A stretch of DNA of 64,000 nucleotides from contig OZ024742.1 in NCBI GenBank assembly GCA_964016885.1, forward strand, positions 121,334,001-121,398,000, written 5' to 3'. This document shows, one piece after another, positions 1 through 17,699 of the stretch. This DNA is from Eledone cirrhosa (taxonomy: Eukaryota). The position numbers and the translations under genes were made by a program. Under the pieces are notes generated by a model. The model ran no database searches. It saw only the letters and a list, made by a program, of their open reading frames with translations, and was not told the origin of the DNA. Every line of letters begins with the position of its first letter. The stretch's first letter is position 1.

Positions 1-175
1 AGGGTACAATGGGCCCAGCACTATGTGTCAGTAATTGTCACAAGTGTAGTGTTTGTACCAGAGTTTTCAAGTCGCTGGCTGGACTAAAATGTCACACTCG
101 TTCAGCGCATCAGTAGGGGTTCTCCTACATGGATATAAAGTAGTGGCCGTACTCGAAAACGAGTTGGCAGCCACC

Positions 176-259
176 ATGTATGTATGTATGTATGTATGTA
201 TGTATGTATGTATGTATGTATGTATGTATGTATGTATGTATGTATGTATGTATGTATGT
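176..259. repeat. (TATG)n microsatellite
   Basis: Direct reading of the sequence. Confidence 0.95.
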
Positions 260-389
260 TCTAATTTCCTCTATTTTCACCAATAGAGAGCCAGTTACTA
301 ATATAGATACAAAACTCTTTCATTGGAATTTAGACAATATCAACTAGGCAAATGCGTATGTATATATGTCTGTATGTGTGTGTATATGT

Positions 390-421
<32 letters not shown>

Positions 422-504
422 TTGTTGTCCGGCCACCGGACAAGGTTGTAAAGAAAAAGAAATGTTCACCTTGTGCAAACGTTGTCCCTTGTGCAAACAT
501 TCAT

Positions 505-900
505 CCTTTGAATCGTACTAATGTTTTACAAATTTGAAGGTTCCAGATTTTGCAGACATTTGTAGCTTATACATTAAAGAGCGACGTTCTTTCTTCTCAA
601 ATTCAAGATGAGTCTTATTTTGATCCAGGCTGGCTGGCATATATCTCGTAGCTCCAATAATTGTAGGTATGAAGCTGAAAGTGTATCTTTGGTATTGAAT
701 TTATAAACTATTCATCAATGGTCCATAGAAATCCTCCTTTCCGTGTATTTTTCTTATTATATTGACATCGAGTAGGCTGCTGACTTTTACAACAGAGCAT
801 ATTTTTAATGTGTGGTCCCAAACAACAGTAGCAGTCCGATTGTGTTTTAATTTGGTGGCGGTTTATATTTTTAGGTTCCATCAGTATTCATTTGAGCCAT
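505..900 (-). mobile_element. Decayed C-terminal restriction-like endonuclease region of an R4/Dong/NeSL-type non-LTR retrotransposon
   Basis: Manual minus-strand translation: EY*WNLKI*TATKLKHNRTATVVWDHTLKICSVVKVSSLLDVNIIRKIHGKEDFYGPL...FIPTIIGA. This fits the HNRPD..D...EV..P.D.N...K...Y..L...P..IGA pattern, with stops. Confidence 0.7.
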
Positions 901-1433
901 CAGTCTCAACATATTTCTCTCCATTTGTATTTATTTTCGTCTTCCTTAGTGCATTCCAGTCGTTACTGTATGAAGAATTGTTTTTGTTATGAAGGCTGAA
1001 ACATTGATTACGTGTAATCAATGTTTCAGCATTGTAAAAAAATATTTTCAAGTTTTGAAAAAGATAACATTACCGTAAATATACATACATTTATGTCTAT
1101 ATACTATACTATATACAACATGAAAAAAAAAAAAAAGAGGTTCATTTGTATATGACTTTAATTCTCTTAACATATTCCTAAAAGATCTGGCACAATTATA
1201 CCAGCGTCAGCTCGGAGTTGATCAATTTGATCTGGATAATGACAAAGTTGAAGGGATAACTTTCTTAGAAATCATGCATATTTTTCCACTTTCGAAATTT
1301 CCTTGGAAATACCCCTACATCGGACATAAACAGTTCATTTTACTTTCATGCACAGGTGGATTTGGATGTACTTCATCGGAAGACGAGTTTCTAAAAAAAA
1401 ATCTATTTATGGTGAACACCTTTAGTTTATATA

Positions 1434-1976
1434 CGAGGGGGCTACAAAATATTCGTGGTAAAAGCACATAGCTAAAAATCATATCCAGGGATTTTGATCT
1501 GAATGCGCCTGCACGTTCTTGTACTAACGTGTCATAAAATGTTCTAACATGAAACATTAAATGCATGTTGCAACGCGGCACCGCCTGTCGGAAGTAAGCA
1601 CCTGCTTGAGCAGCATAGCCTCCCTCAAAATATCAAATTCATAGTGAGTCTAGAGTGGAAGAACAGCCAAATCATTGACGCTCTGGAGCAAGTTTATGGA
1701 GACAATGTCCCAAAGAAATCAACAACCTACAAATGGATAAGTCATTTTAGAAGTGGAAGAGATTGAAGTGGATCACCAGTTGAAGATGTGAAAAAACACG
1801 CTTTGACACGGTTTAAATCACATGGTCCTCAGTTTTACACAGATGGACCTAAAGGCTGGTATCAACTCTTGCAGAAGTGTATTGACCTAGATGGAGAATA
1901 TGTTGAAAATAAACATCATAACTTAAACCGTTTTTTCCAACTGTCCTTTTTCAAAAAAACATTTGAAGCACCCTCT
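1434..1976 (+). mobile_element. Internally deleted mariner transposon
   Basis: Ends TA-CGAGGGG...CCCTCT-TA. Remnants IIDALEQVYGDNVPKKSTTYKWISHFRSGR (HTH region) and QFYTDGPKGWYQLLQKCIDLDGEYVE (transposase C-terminus). Confidence 0.85.
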
Positions 1977-2933
1977 TACACATAGTTAAACACGTATGCT
2001 TGACCTATGTATAAAAGGGATACACACCTCCGTACTAGTTTTACAAAGTGAGTAAAGATGCTACAGACTGATAGATTTAAAGGAATCCATGGACTATTTG
2101 GATATAATCTGGCAATGATGCTTTACGTGGGAAAGATGTCATTCTCTCTGTTAAGAGACATGTCAGTATCAAGTTATTAGGCGGTGAAATTTATTAATCA
2201 CCTTACTTAGCAGTTCTATGTCTAGCCAGCTGGAATTTATTGTAGTGAAGGTATTTCTCCATAAATATGTAGTGTACCTGTCTCTGTCGAGGCCTCTAGT
2301 GTCCTTGGTCCCCGCACTGCTGATTTCCTTCGTAAAATCGGAAAGACGGCGGCCCGCTTGAGGGAGGAGCCCCGTGAGGTGGGGTGGCTATTGCAGCAGA
2401 TATCTCTGGTCGTTCCCCGCGGTAACACATTTGCCATTTTGTCCTCGGAGTGCGGCAGAGGCGCGCTCAGATTGGTATGTAGTGTCTTCCTTTCTTTCGT
2501 TACTTGATTCATTTTACTTTTTCTTCTTTTCATTTCCCTTTTTATTCCCTTTAATAGTGTTTTGCTTTTGTGTAAACATCTTCGCAAAATAAAATAGTAG
2601 GCCACGCGTATTAATGTAAAAAAGTGTAGTTTAAAGTTAATTTAAATTGTTTTATAATTTTTGAAGAATCTATTATTTTAGGAGTTCTTATTAGCTAACG
2701 CAGGGATAGTCCTTTATCTAAATTTAACCCCATTATACTTTCTTATTCTTCAGGTATAAGGCCGTGAGAGATTTACTGTCATCATCCTTCAGTAAATTCG
2801 ATAGATAATATAAATAGAAGTGTGGAGAGGGAGACTGATATGTATGCGCGACTGCTGGCTTTCCACAAAATTACCTTGCTCCAGGGTTGTGCCTCAGTGG
2901 GGCTCTACACTTTATCTTTATATATATAAATAT

Positions 2934-3123
2934 ATGTACGTATGGGTTTACCGAACATTTATTATAATGCTCGGTTTGTTTGAAAACAAACAGCCCGAAT
3001 TAAGCCGTACAGTGTTCGGCAACCATCGTTCCCTTTTGTTTAACACTGACTAAGGAACGATGAACTAGTTTCTAGCTTCAAACCGAGCATTATAATAAAT
3101 GTTCAGTAAACCCACACGTACAT
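2934..3123. repeat. Fold-back element with about 45-bp inverted arms, likely PLE-derived
   Basis: atgtacgtatgggtttaccgaacatttattataatgctcggtttg (2934-2978) is mirrored at 3079-3123; flanks are TA-rich. Confidence 0.7.
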
Positions 3124-3270
3124 ATATATGTGTGCATGTATGTATATACATACTATTGTACGTCTGTTTATATATATGTATGTACGTATACATACTTATA
3201 TTCAAGTATCAGCCGTACTAGAAGTGAGAAATGAAATTATGAAATTTAATTTTTTCCATTTATATATATA

Positions 3271-4478
<1,208 letters not shown>

Positions 4479-4521
4479 TATATATATGTATATGTATATA
4501 TACACACGCGGACACTTATAT

Positions 4522-4587
<66 letters not shown>

Positions 4588-5275
4588 TCAAGAATAAAGA
4601 ACACAATTGCACATTAATAGAGGAATCGTTACAGAAAGCCTACAAGGTAATGAAACTAAATTACGTTGAACAATTATATTACATTTTTTCAGCGTCTCAT
4701 GTATAATTAAATGTAGGAGACATTTATGTATTTTAAATTAAGTGTCGCAGAAAATTCGAGAAAGAAGAGAATAAAAGTGACTTCATTTTGATCTTCTTTT
4801 AAAATCTTCTTCATATCTGCATTCACACTTTGTTTAAAATATATAAATGAATTACATCTCGTTTTCGGGGAAATATGGCTCGGTTTTTAAAAAGAACCAA
4901 TTGTTAAAATCTTGCAAAAGTGTAGTAATATAACTATTGTTTTACACAGTGGGAGCATTCTCTATGGGCACAATATAGTTCTCCATAGAAACAATATAAT
5001 TTTTTTATGACCACAATATCCTTCTTTATGACTATAATATAGTGCTTTATCGACACTATATAGTTTTGCATGGGCACACTATAATTTAACAACATGTAAA
5101 AAAGATGATTGGTTAGCAAAGATCAATAAAACAATTCATTCCATTTACATTTGAGACCTGGAGAATCATAAATTCTCATGTCAGTAGATAGCTATAATTA
5201 ACTGTCAGTATAAAGCAGAAACATATTCAATAAAATCTCCAGTATTTTACTATATGATATCTACAGCAACAGTAA

Positions 5276-5590
5276 AATGGTCTAATGGTTAGTATGCTTG
5301 ACGTATGATCGTAATGTGGTCAGTTCGATTCCTACTACTGCGTTGTGTTCTTGAGCAAAACACTTTATTTCACGCTACTCCAGTACATCCAGCTGAGAGT
5401 GAGTAGCAGCAATAGTTGGGGGATTAATCTTGCGATACCCGGCATCCTGTCCAGGGAAAGTCTTGTGGTCGGAGTCGCGTAACGCCAGGGAAATCGGGGA
5501 TAAGTACAGGCGTGATGAACCTTCGGCTTAGAACATACTTTACCCAAGTGAAATAAAGATGTAATACATGGCAGTAATACCAAACTGGGA
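5276..5590 (+). mobile_element. tRNA-derived SINE, second family
   Basis: A-box-like TGGTCTAATGG and B-box-like GTTCGATTCC, then gtgttcttgagcaaaacacttta core. Relatives near 12735-12850, 15240-15330 and 38515-38630. Confidence 0.7.
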
Positions 5591-5652
5591 ACCAAGCCAA
5601 CCTCACTTCCATACGGGGATCTCTGGAAAGTATTTGTTGTGTTAACGAAACT

Positions 5653-5968
5653 CTGTAATACTAAGCTGGAGCAGTAAGCTGTAGCACTAGGCTGTAATAC
5701 TAAGATGTAATCATAGACTATATTAGTAGGCTGTAATACTGAGGTGTAATACTAAGCTGTAATACTAGGTTATATTACTAAGCTGTAATACAAAGCTGTA
5801 ATACAAAGCTGTAATACAAAGCTGTAATACTTAGCAGTAATACCACTCTATAAGACTAGATAGTAATAGATGTAATCATAGGCTATATTAGTAGACTGTA
5901 TTACTAGACTGTAATACTAAGCTGTAATACTAGGTTATATTACTAGGCTGTAATACTAAGCTATAATA
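5653..5968. repeat. 13-bp minisatellite, consensus GCTGTAATACTAA
   Basis: Many degenerate tandem units read directly. Confidence 0.9.
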
Positions 5969-6187
5969 TACAGGCAAATGTGTAGAACCTTTGATAGAAG
6001 GACAAACAATGCAAAGCCAATACTAAATTGCAGTGTTATATGTGTATATGTGTATGTGCCAGTGTGTGAATGCGTGTATATGCCTAGACTTCTAACGAAC
6101 TATGTATTCTTACATTCTATACAGATTGTCTGTTGTTAAGGTTTGATATGTCTTATGCATTTATATCATTGGATATTTATGTATATA

Positions 6188-7850
<1,663 letters not shown>

Positions 7851-7997
7851 TCTACACTCCGGATTATAAGAGAATCGAAAACCAAGTTTCTTTAACTGTT
7901 CTTTTATAACTCGTTGAGTAACCCCTCACCGACTCTATCTAGTGTAGTAATTAACCATTACTGCATTCAGGATATTCCTAAGCATTTCTTGCATAAC

Positions 7998-8090
<93 letters not shown>

Positions 8091-8323
8091 GAATAATCGA
8101 GTATCGGAAAATCAGCTCACGAGTTTACGATAAACAAATCCGACATGAGTGGCAGAGGGCTCAATAATTCAGATAAATCAGAGCTATAACTATCGTTAAA
8201 ATACCAACACACAAAGATTATGCCTAAAATCACCCATGCGGCCGAAAAATAACGACCAGGAAGATTCGGGTCACTCAGATAAAATATCAATAAATCAATA
8301 ATTCATATGAATGTAAAAAACTT

Positions 8324-8459
8324 ACCCGGACCCACTAGAAAGATGGTAAATCTAGCTTCTTGGGTTTCTGCAATTCCTTAATCCGCCCTCTATCAGCCCA
8401 CATAAAAAATATATAAGACTTCTAGAGAGCGGATGGACCGGAACACTTTATCAACGGGT
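8324..8459 (-). ncRNA. Type I hammerhead ribozyme with U3-A8 core and long stems II/III
   Basis: Minus strand: ACCCG-UUGAUAA-A-[GUG UUCC..AUCCGCUCUCUA / UAGAGGGCGGAU..GGAA UUGC]-A-GAAA-CCCA...UGGG-UC^CGGGU. Confidence 0.8.
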
Positions 8460-8641
8460 CTTGTCCAAACGAATAAAGAAGCTAACCCTAGCTGAGACGC
8501 ACATGGTGTCCAGCAAGGGAGATAACCTCTATATCCGCGAAAGATTTTCGGTAATGTGGGAAACCACATATCGAATAAGAGTGCTCAATAGACATATAAA
8601 TTCAAAATATTAACAAAAATAGACATTCGTGTGATCAAGTA

Positions 8642-8708
8642 TATTTTATTATAAATATTTCAGAGGTACTGAGCTATCTTCAACAGTACGTCCTCATCAG
8701 ATAAAATA
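8642..8708 (-). ncRNA. Minimal type I hammerhead, canonical core
   Basis: Minus strand: UAUUUUAU-CUGAUGA-GGAC GUACUG...CAGUAC CUCU-GAAA-UAUUUA-UA^AUAAAAUA, with an 8-bp stem I. Confidence 0.75.
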
Positions 8709-8929
8709 AGATGATGCATGACATACTCTGACTTTAAACCTCATTCTTTGATTTATTCATTGAAGCTTGTTTAACCTTTAAATATATATATATATATATA
8801 TGTCATTCACTATTTTATAATGATTAAATGCTCGGATTTATTCTTTGAATTTTTTCTATGAGCTGATTTTGGAAGACAGGACCCATGTTCGACATTATAT
8901 CATTCATGACATCCATAACTTTGAATATA

Positions 8930-10394
<1,465 letters not shown>

Positions 10395-10405
10395 TATATA
10401 TATAT

Positions 10406-10479
<74 letters not shown>

Positions 10480-10575
10480 GTATGTATGTAAAAGGTAAAC
10501 AGAAATAACAACACACTCGGTAGAGTATATGGAAGGAATATATTAGGTTAACGCTTGAAATAGCAGGAAGTAGGT

Positions 10576-10612
10576 CTTAACGTTTCGGACGCTAGTCCTT
10601 CATCAGATGAAA
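10576..10612 (-). ncRNA. Minimal hammerhead-like motif in a short PLE end
   Basis: Minus strand: CUGAUGA-A-GGAC UAGC GUCC-GAAACGUU; stem I is weak. Confidence 0.55.
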
Positions 10613-10713
10613 GAATGAGAAATAAGATAGATTGAAGGGACGGGCGGGGTGGAATTGGAAAAAAGATGTATGTATATGTGTATATGTGTGTATGTGTGTC
10701 TGTGTGTGTATGC

Positions 10714-10806
<93 letters not shown>

Positions 10807-11701
10807 AATCGACTCTGTTCAGACCTGGAGAGGTGATAGGCTGTGCCAGTTATATATATAAATTTATATCCATATACAACATGCATGCTTACATTCGGAC
10901 ATACCTATAAACCCATACGTACATACACACATTATATAAATTTAGAAAACCATAATGTATGAGCACAAAACGAAAGCAATGAGTCAGATAGAAATCAATA
11001 TAATACCAGTTGTATCGATCCTAAAGCACAGAAACAACATATCACTAGCGATCGTCCGATGAGAAGAGACCGCGTCTCGCTCGTTTTTACGCCATCGATG
11101 ACGTCATTAAGGGGCAATGGTGTGATTGTGTAATCCGACTAAATGGTGACATAACAATTTCACTCGACTTGCTACAAACAGTAGCTAAACTCTCCTTCAC
11201 AGCACACCCTACAGTCTTGAAATTGGATGGGTATGTCAGATTTAGATGTAATTCTCAATGCCCATATGTTTGGAAAGCATCGATACATGGCTGGTCATAC
11301 TACTAACACGTGGCGTTCCTAGAGTATTTTAAAACCTGGTGGAGCCAGGTCTGAATACAGCTGAATCTTCCAGAGAAGTATAGAAAGTGATAGAAAGGAC
11401 TTGAGAAAGAGATATAGAGGAAGAATCAACCCCAGTACTAGACTGGTACTTTTTTTTTATTGACCTTGAATGGATGAAAGGCAATGTTGACCTCGGCGGG
11501 ATTTGAACTGAGAGAGAAGAGAACTGGAACGAATACAGCCTATATTTGATCATAGGCGTACACAATCTGGGCTGAACATGGTTTGAACAGCAGCAACAGC
11601 AACAACAAAAACACAAGACCGATCACAAATGGTGCTGTTTTTGGTGTTTGAAAAGGATATAGTGAATGCGCTGCAGACCATCAACAGGATTGTTCTTGCT
11701 A

Positions 11702-11855
<154 letters not shown>

Positions 11856-11941
11856 TACGTACATATAAATGTGTGTGTGTGTATATATATATATATATGT
11901 GTATGTATGTAAAATGTAAACAGATATAACAACACAATCGG

Positions 11942-11993
<52 letters not shown>

Positions 11994-12038
11994 TAGTGTG
12001 TGCGTTTGTGCGTGCATGTAATATATATATATATATGC

Positions 12039-12087
<49 letters not shown>

Positions 12088-12125
12088 CATACACATATAT
12101 ATATACATGTATGTGTGTGTGTGTG

Positions 12126-12156
<31 letters not shown>

Positions 12157-12329
12157 TTATACGCGCGCGCATATATATATATGCTTCGTTTTTATAAACA
12201 AATATATATACTTGGATTTATTCAGATAAAGTTTTGTTCCAAGGGCAATAACTCAGTTTTCTTAATTCCCCTTAATCAAGGGAAATTATATGGGTTATAT
12301 GAATCATAATTATGTTTTATAGAAACATA

Positions 12330-12693
12330 CTCTCGGGTCATGACTACCCCCACCCCCCTAGCTTATTAATTTTTCAGATTTTTTTCCACTCACCCACTCT
12401 TATTCCACCTGCCGCTTATCTTGCTAATCTATCTCCAGCGAAATTCTATTTTAAGTTGTAGCTTTCCTGCAACAATCAATTTTCTTTATACATTAAAATA
12501 CATTATACATGGCAAAGAAAGAACATTGCAAGAAATCTGATACGCTACAAAATAAATCGGATGGTCTGGGGTCTCAATATGTATACTAAACGACTAATTT
12601 TGGTTTGAAAAAAATCAAGGGAGACAACCTAGAAAAATTACCGACCCCCCCCCCCCCGCTTATTCCAACCCCCTATTATTTGAAACCTGAGAG
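12330..12693. mobile_element. Tc1/mariner-superfamily (pogo/Tigger-like) MITE
   Basis: Termini TA-CTCTCGGG ... CCTGAGAG-TA. Confidence 0.55.
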
Positions 12694-13633
12694 TATGTAT
12701 ATTTGTGTGTGCGTGTATGTGATATATAGTGAAACCCCATGGCTTAGTGATTAGGGCCTTGTGAATTCGATTCAGTCTGTTGTATCCTCGAAGAAGACAC
12801 ATTGTTTCACTTTACCTCAGTTCACTCAGTTGGCAAAAATGAATCGAACCTTTAATTTCCAACGGTTAGTCTGTTACAAAATGTGCCATGGAGTTATACG
12901 CTCCTACATGCACACAGTGTATTATGAAAACCCTGAGAATTAAGCTAAGGGTACATGTCATATTTTCCTCGCGATCCCCTACTCTCTTATTCACGCTTTT
13001 CCTGCTGTTATTTATTCATCCTCCTACACCAACAATCAACATGCAGTCTTTCCTCCATTATTCCATCCATCCATTCCATCCAGTTTCATTACTCTGTTTT
13101 TCCTACCACCTTCATCACAATACATCGCTGTCCACATTACACTCCATCCTATTTATTTTCACGTTTGCATTGGAACAAAGTGACTGAGGATCTTAACCCA
13201 CGCCAATATATTCACTATTGATCTATAGTATGCATTCGGTACTTTTCCTAAAGTAGTTGGCGTTCGAATGACAGCAACATAAATAGAGAGGACTTTTCAG
13301 TCACGTCAAGGATACGACAACACCTCTACTGCTAGTGCCACGATAAAATGCATCCAGTACGCTCTGTAAAGTTTTTGGCTTTATGAGCATTATCCAAGCG
13401 TAGAAGCCATATAAATGTCTTAAAAACAACTGCAGATATCTGTTATAAATGTGTATCGTAGTTCACCAAAGCAAGTCAGCATAGAACTGTTATTCTCATC
13501 GAATCGTTAGTTGTCATGGGTAAGTATGCTAAACATACACAAAAGGCATGTAATAAAATTAGCAAAGCACTAATATCACTAAAAAAATAGATACATGCTA
13601 TGTGTAGATGTTGAGCGGATATATTTGAATATT

Positions 13634-14050
13634 GATTTCTTATTTAGGCACAAGGCCAGCAATTCTGGGGAAGAGCAAAGCTAATTAAATCAACCACAAT
13701 ATCTGACTAAAACTTTATTTTATCGATCCTCGGGAAGATGAAAAGGAAAGTTGACCATGGTGAGATTGCGATCAGAATATAAGAGCCAGAACAAATACCA
13801 CAATGACATTTTATCAACGCTCTACCGATTCTGCCAATCATCGACCCCCTAAGAATTCTTTCTGACATTAGCACAAGGCCAGCAATTTGGGAGAAGGGAA
13901 AGTCGATTAGATCAACCCTAGTACTTAACTGGCGCTTTATTTGTCGACTCTGGAGAATGAAAGGCAAAGATGGCCTCAGCCAGAACATAGAGGGCCGCAA
14001 CGAAATACTGCAAGGAATTTCACCCGACGCTCTACCGATTCTGCCAATCC
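13634..14050 (-). mobile_element. Two older tandem copies of the main tRNA-derived SINE
   Basis: gcacaaggccagcaat ... gatgaaaggcaaag ... ctctaccgattctgccaatc motifs occur twice. Confidence 0.8.
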
Positions 14051-14094
14051 GCCGTGATAGATTTACATAATAATAAGAGAAAACGATAGATGCA

Positions 14095-14282
14095 ATTGTT
14101 ATATTTGAAGGTAGTATTGCCAGTATTGCCAATAAAAACAAAACACATGCACCATATTATTTTCACTTTATCTCTATTAGTAGTTATTGGACGAACTTAT
14201 AAAAATAAAGTGAAAATCATGTGGTGCGTGTGTTTTTTTTATTAGCAATACTGGCAACATGACCATCCCCAAATATAACAAT
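14095..14282. repeat. Palindromic pair of PLE 3' ends (same family as 53359 and 54778 ends)
   Basis: Imperfect inverted arms ending in ggcaacatgacc..cccaaatataacaa. Confidence 0.65.
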
Positions 14283-14377
14283 ATCGGTTTCAACACACGA
14301 TTTCACATCAAGAATCTTGCAAAACGAATACATAAACGATAGATACAATATCACTCCAATCACTAAAGATAAATAAT

Positions 14378-14561
14378 TGTTTCTACTTTAGGCACAAGGC
14401 CAGCAATTACCCAGTGCATTACTGGTACTTTATTTTATCGACCCCGTAAGGATGAAAGGCAAAGTTAACCTCGGCGGGATTTGAACTCAGATCGTAAAGG
14501 GACGTAACTATGCTGGAAAGCATGGCGTCCGCCCCTCTACCGATACTGCCAATCCACCACC
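14378..14561 (-). mobile_element. tRNA-derived SINE, main young family
   Basis: Minus strand has A box TGGCAGTATCGG, B box GTTCAAATCC and a gcctttcatcctt.cggggtcgataaa core. A 15-bp TSD ctaaagataaataat flanks it. Confidence 0.92.
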
Positions 14562-14601
14562 CTAAAGATAAATAATGTTACTAATTTTATCTGTCATTAT
14601 A

Positions 14602-15120
14602 CAAGGTGTATTCCAGAAGATTTCATATATTTTTCAGGAGAGACATTAATTAATTTTAAAGAAGTACAAAACTCCTTCAAAATAAGATTCACTGACTCCA
14701 GTTCACTTCTCATGTCACTGCAGCCACTTCGTGGAAGTCCTCTAAAGTGAAGATGTCCAGGACACTAGTCACAGCAGCCTTCATTTTCTCAATATATTCA
14801 AAACGACTGTCTCTGAGGTTCTCCTTCAGCTTGGGGAACAATAAAATGTTACGGGGAGTGTAGGGAGAGTGAGCGACAGTTTTGATGTCAATGTCTATCA
14901 AGTAGTTGGTTACCAGGATAGAATTGTGGACTGGTGCATGTGCCACTGACCCGAATGGAAACGCTCTGGCTTTTTGCGACGAAATCTTTCCCGAACTCCC
15001 TCACAACCTCACAAAGTGCACTTTGTTGATCGTCTGGCCAGAGGGACCACAGTGGATGTAGATGATGTCCTTGCTGTTGAAAAAGGGGATCATAATCTAT
15101 TTGTGGCTTCTGAATATCCT
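14602..15120 (-). mobile_element. Decayed mariner transposase fragment
   Basis: ORF 14710-14946 HAPVHNSILVTNYL...TVAHSPY...LLFPKLKENLRDSRFEYIEKMKAAVTSVL; TA-CAAGGTG terminus. Confidence 0.8.
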
Positions 15121-16699
15121 ATGATATTCAGCTAACCCTACACGGTGTTGTTGTCCAATTCATTACATTGCCGTGAAGGATGACAAAAATTAATAGTACT
15201 GAAAGCATGAACGGTTCTAGAAGTTGAACATTAGTAGCAGAAGTATGGCTTAGAAGTTCGCTTCACAATCTCAACGTTCCAGTTTTGATCTCGCTGCATC
15301 GTATCTTGAACAAGTGACTTTTTCTTAATTTCGTATAGACTAGGGTCTTGTGAGTGAAATTGGGTAGACAGAAATATATGCCTTGTGCCTGTAATTCAAA
15401 GATCTATCCTCGCCACACACTGTCTCACCAATTTACTTTAAGAATTATGTTAAATGGAGTACATGTGTTTGGAATATTCAGCCACACGCTTATTCAATGA
15501 CTAAGTGTTTCAGTTGACCAAACAACTGAATAGTCCTCGTACGATCGACGGAGGTTGATTTTACTACAGTGGATTACATGATAACGCAACGGCTCTACAG
15601 TAGATGGTGAAGCCGGTGATGTTGGCTCATTGTTGACATTATCATGATAACCAGGTATGCTTGAGGAATGATATTTAAGAGCTATTTGTTTAATTAACGC
15701 TAAATGAGCTTTTTCCTATTCCGATTTAATCCACGCTGCATTTCTGCCAGCATGAATCAGATAACATGCATCTGCAGGAAATTTCATTCTCCTGTTCTTA
15801 TAATGAACCATTTGTGTAAACTCATAAAAATGGTTTACTGTTACTCTTAATTGCTCGCCAGATGCACTAAGATGGCCAAAAAGAACCCCAAGCAAACACC
15901 CATCAAACGTTTCCATTAATGGAAAGTAGTATTTTAATCAAAGCATCGAAGTTGTAGAATCGCTAGAACGTCGAACAGAATGCATTGCAGTAGTCATTCC
16001 AGCTGCATGCGTTCTGAGTTCAGATTCCACCAAAATCAACTTTGCGTTTCATCCTTTCTGGGTCAATAAATATAGTATTGGTCCATGGTGGTAGCTAGGC
16101 GGGATTATTAGGGGATCAGACTTTCAGCATTTGTTCAGTCTCTTTGCGTTTTGAGTCCTTGCATGGCAGACACAAACCGTTTCTCAGTTTAATACCACCA
16201 CCTGGTCAGTGGGTGCGTTTGCCAGAGTTCACTCTGTTGCAAGTATTCGGATCTGGTTTTTGGTTTGAGGAAACTTCCTCTGCTCCTCCAACCAATTTCG
16301 TAGAATTTAAATAAAATAAAAGGGGTTATAAAGACCGCCCTCTCCTCGTTTATTCAGCAGTAACAACAACTCAATATCTAATGGAAAATTATTGGAACTC
16401 GGATTTGAATTATTGAAGGATGACGTTCCGGGGAAGAAAGGATTGAGTATGGGGTTAGTGTGAGCCCTTATCAGAAAGTATATTGGCGAAGGGAGAAGTA
16501 GAGACTGTTGAAATTGGTTGGCCTGAGGACGGTGGTATGTAATTAGCCAGTCCGGAAACCAAGCGGGGCAGTTATAAATTTGTGGGTTTGAGATATAATA
16601 GAGCCTTTCATTTCTTTTATTTGTTATTTTTCGTAAGCTAACATTTGAAATTAGAGCTTCCAGAATCTTCCACATATGTCTGTGCTCCATCACTCGTGT

Positions 16700-17335
16700 A
16701 AACGCCCCCAAGACTTTTTAATCTGCTTCAGTGCAATTCCACTTACATGTAGAGTGCACTGTGCAGCAGTCGGAAGCAAACCTATCGAGTACATGACAGA
16801 GATCACCTTCTGATGAATTGAATAGTACCATACCGTTTGCAAATTCCAGTTGACTAATCATACACCCGCCAGTCTTGATACCACTTCCAACCCAGCTGCA
16901 CATGTCAATCCCGTTCATGAAGATTATGAACAGGAAAGGTGACAGTACGCAACCGTGGTGGAGTCCGACTCCCACATTGAATGGTTTCAACTTAGCACCA
17001 TTTATCTGAACATACTTCAAGGTACTAGAGAGCTCGATCCCATGGAATGTGGTTTTATGCTTTTTCAAAGCCCACGAAACAAGCCCACACCTCTTAGCAA
17101 TACTTCCACGATTTCTGAAAGACCTGCCGCAGAGTGACTATTTCGTCGGCAGTGCTGCACCCTGGGCGGAAACCACACTGTTCATCAGCTACCTTTAACT
17201 CGACAATATCTTTGCATCTCTTTGCCAGATACTTAGCATAGACTTTAACGGCGAGGCTTATCAAAGAGATCCATATATAATTAAAGCAATCTCCCTTGTT
17301 CTCCTTTTTGTCATTGCCTTGATGCTTTTCCAAGG
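16700..17335 (-). mobile_element. RTE-clade LINE reverse transcriptase fragment (pseudogenised)
   Basis: DCFNYIWISLISLAVKVYAKYL...DEQCGFRPGCSTADEIVTLRQ and FNVGVGLHHGCVLSPFLFIIFM...LEFANGMVL. Confidence 0.85.
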
Positions 17336-17699
17336 GATCCAGCTCCCTTAGCTCACACGAGCCAGTCAGAGACTACCTTCTCTATTTTCGGTTTTTAACG
17401 TCTTCTGTCGAATGTTTGAAACAGCAACACGGTTTTTAATATCAAGATAAGCTATTTTCACTTTAACTGCGCAGCTAATTTTCTTATGAACACCACAAAA
17501 TCCAATCCCTTCTTATCTAAGATATTATTTTTGCATAAACCATTAATAATATTTTATACTCGATTGCGTACATTCTTAACATGGTACTAATAATGCATCT
17601 AAAAATACTTCAGAAAATACTTCAACCCTCATCTATTACTAACTCTCTACAAATCTAAAGCAAGACTCACAATGAAGTACTGATCATACATCTGGGACG

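Noticed and set aside
995-1030. 17-bp-arm hairpin as terminator or miRNA
   Set aside because: Sits near the truncated 5' end of a LINE fragment; more likely a fold-back scar
5653-5968. CRISPR-like regular repeat
   Set aside because: Contiguous 13-bp minisatellite with no unique spacers or cas genes, in eukaryotic DNA
8318-8330. Splice-donor-like CGG|GTAAGT on the minus strand (PLE intron?)
   Set aside because: Overlaps HHR stem I, is not kept at 44802-44810 (caggtgtat), and has no acceptor identified
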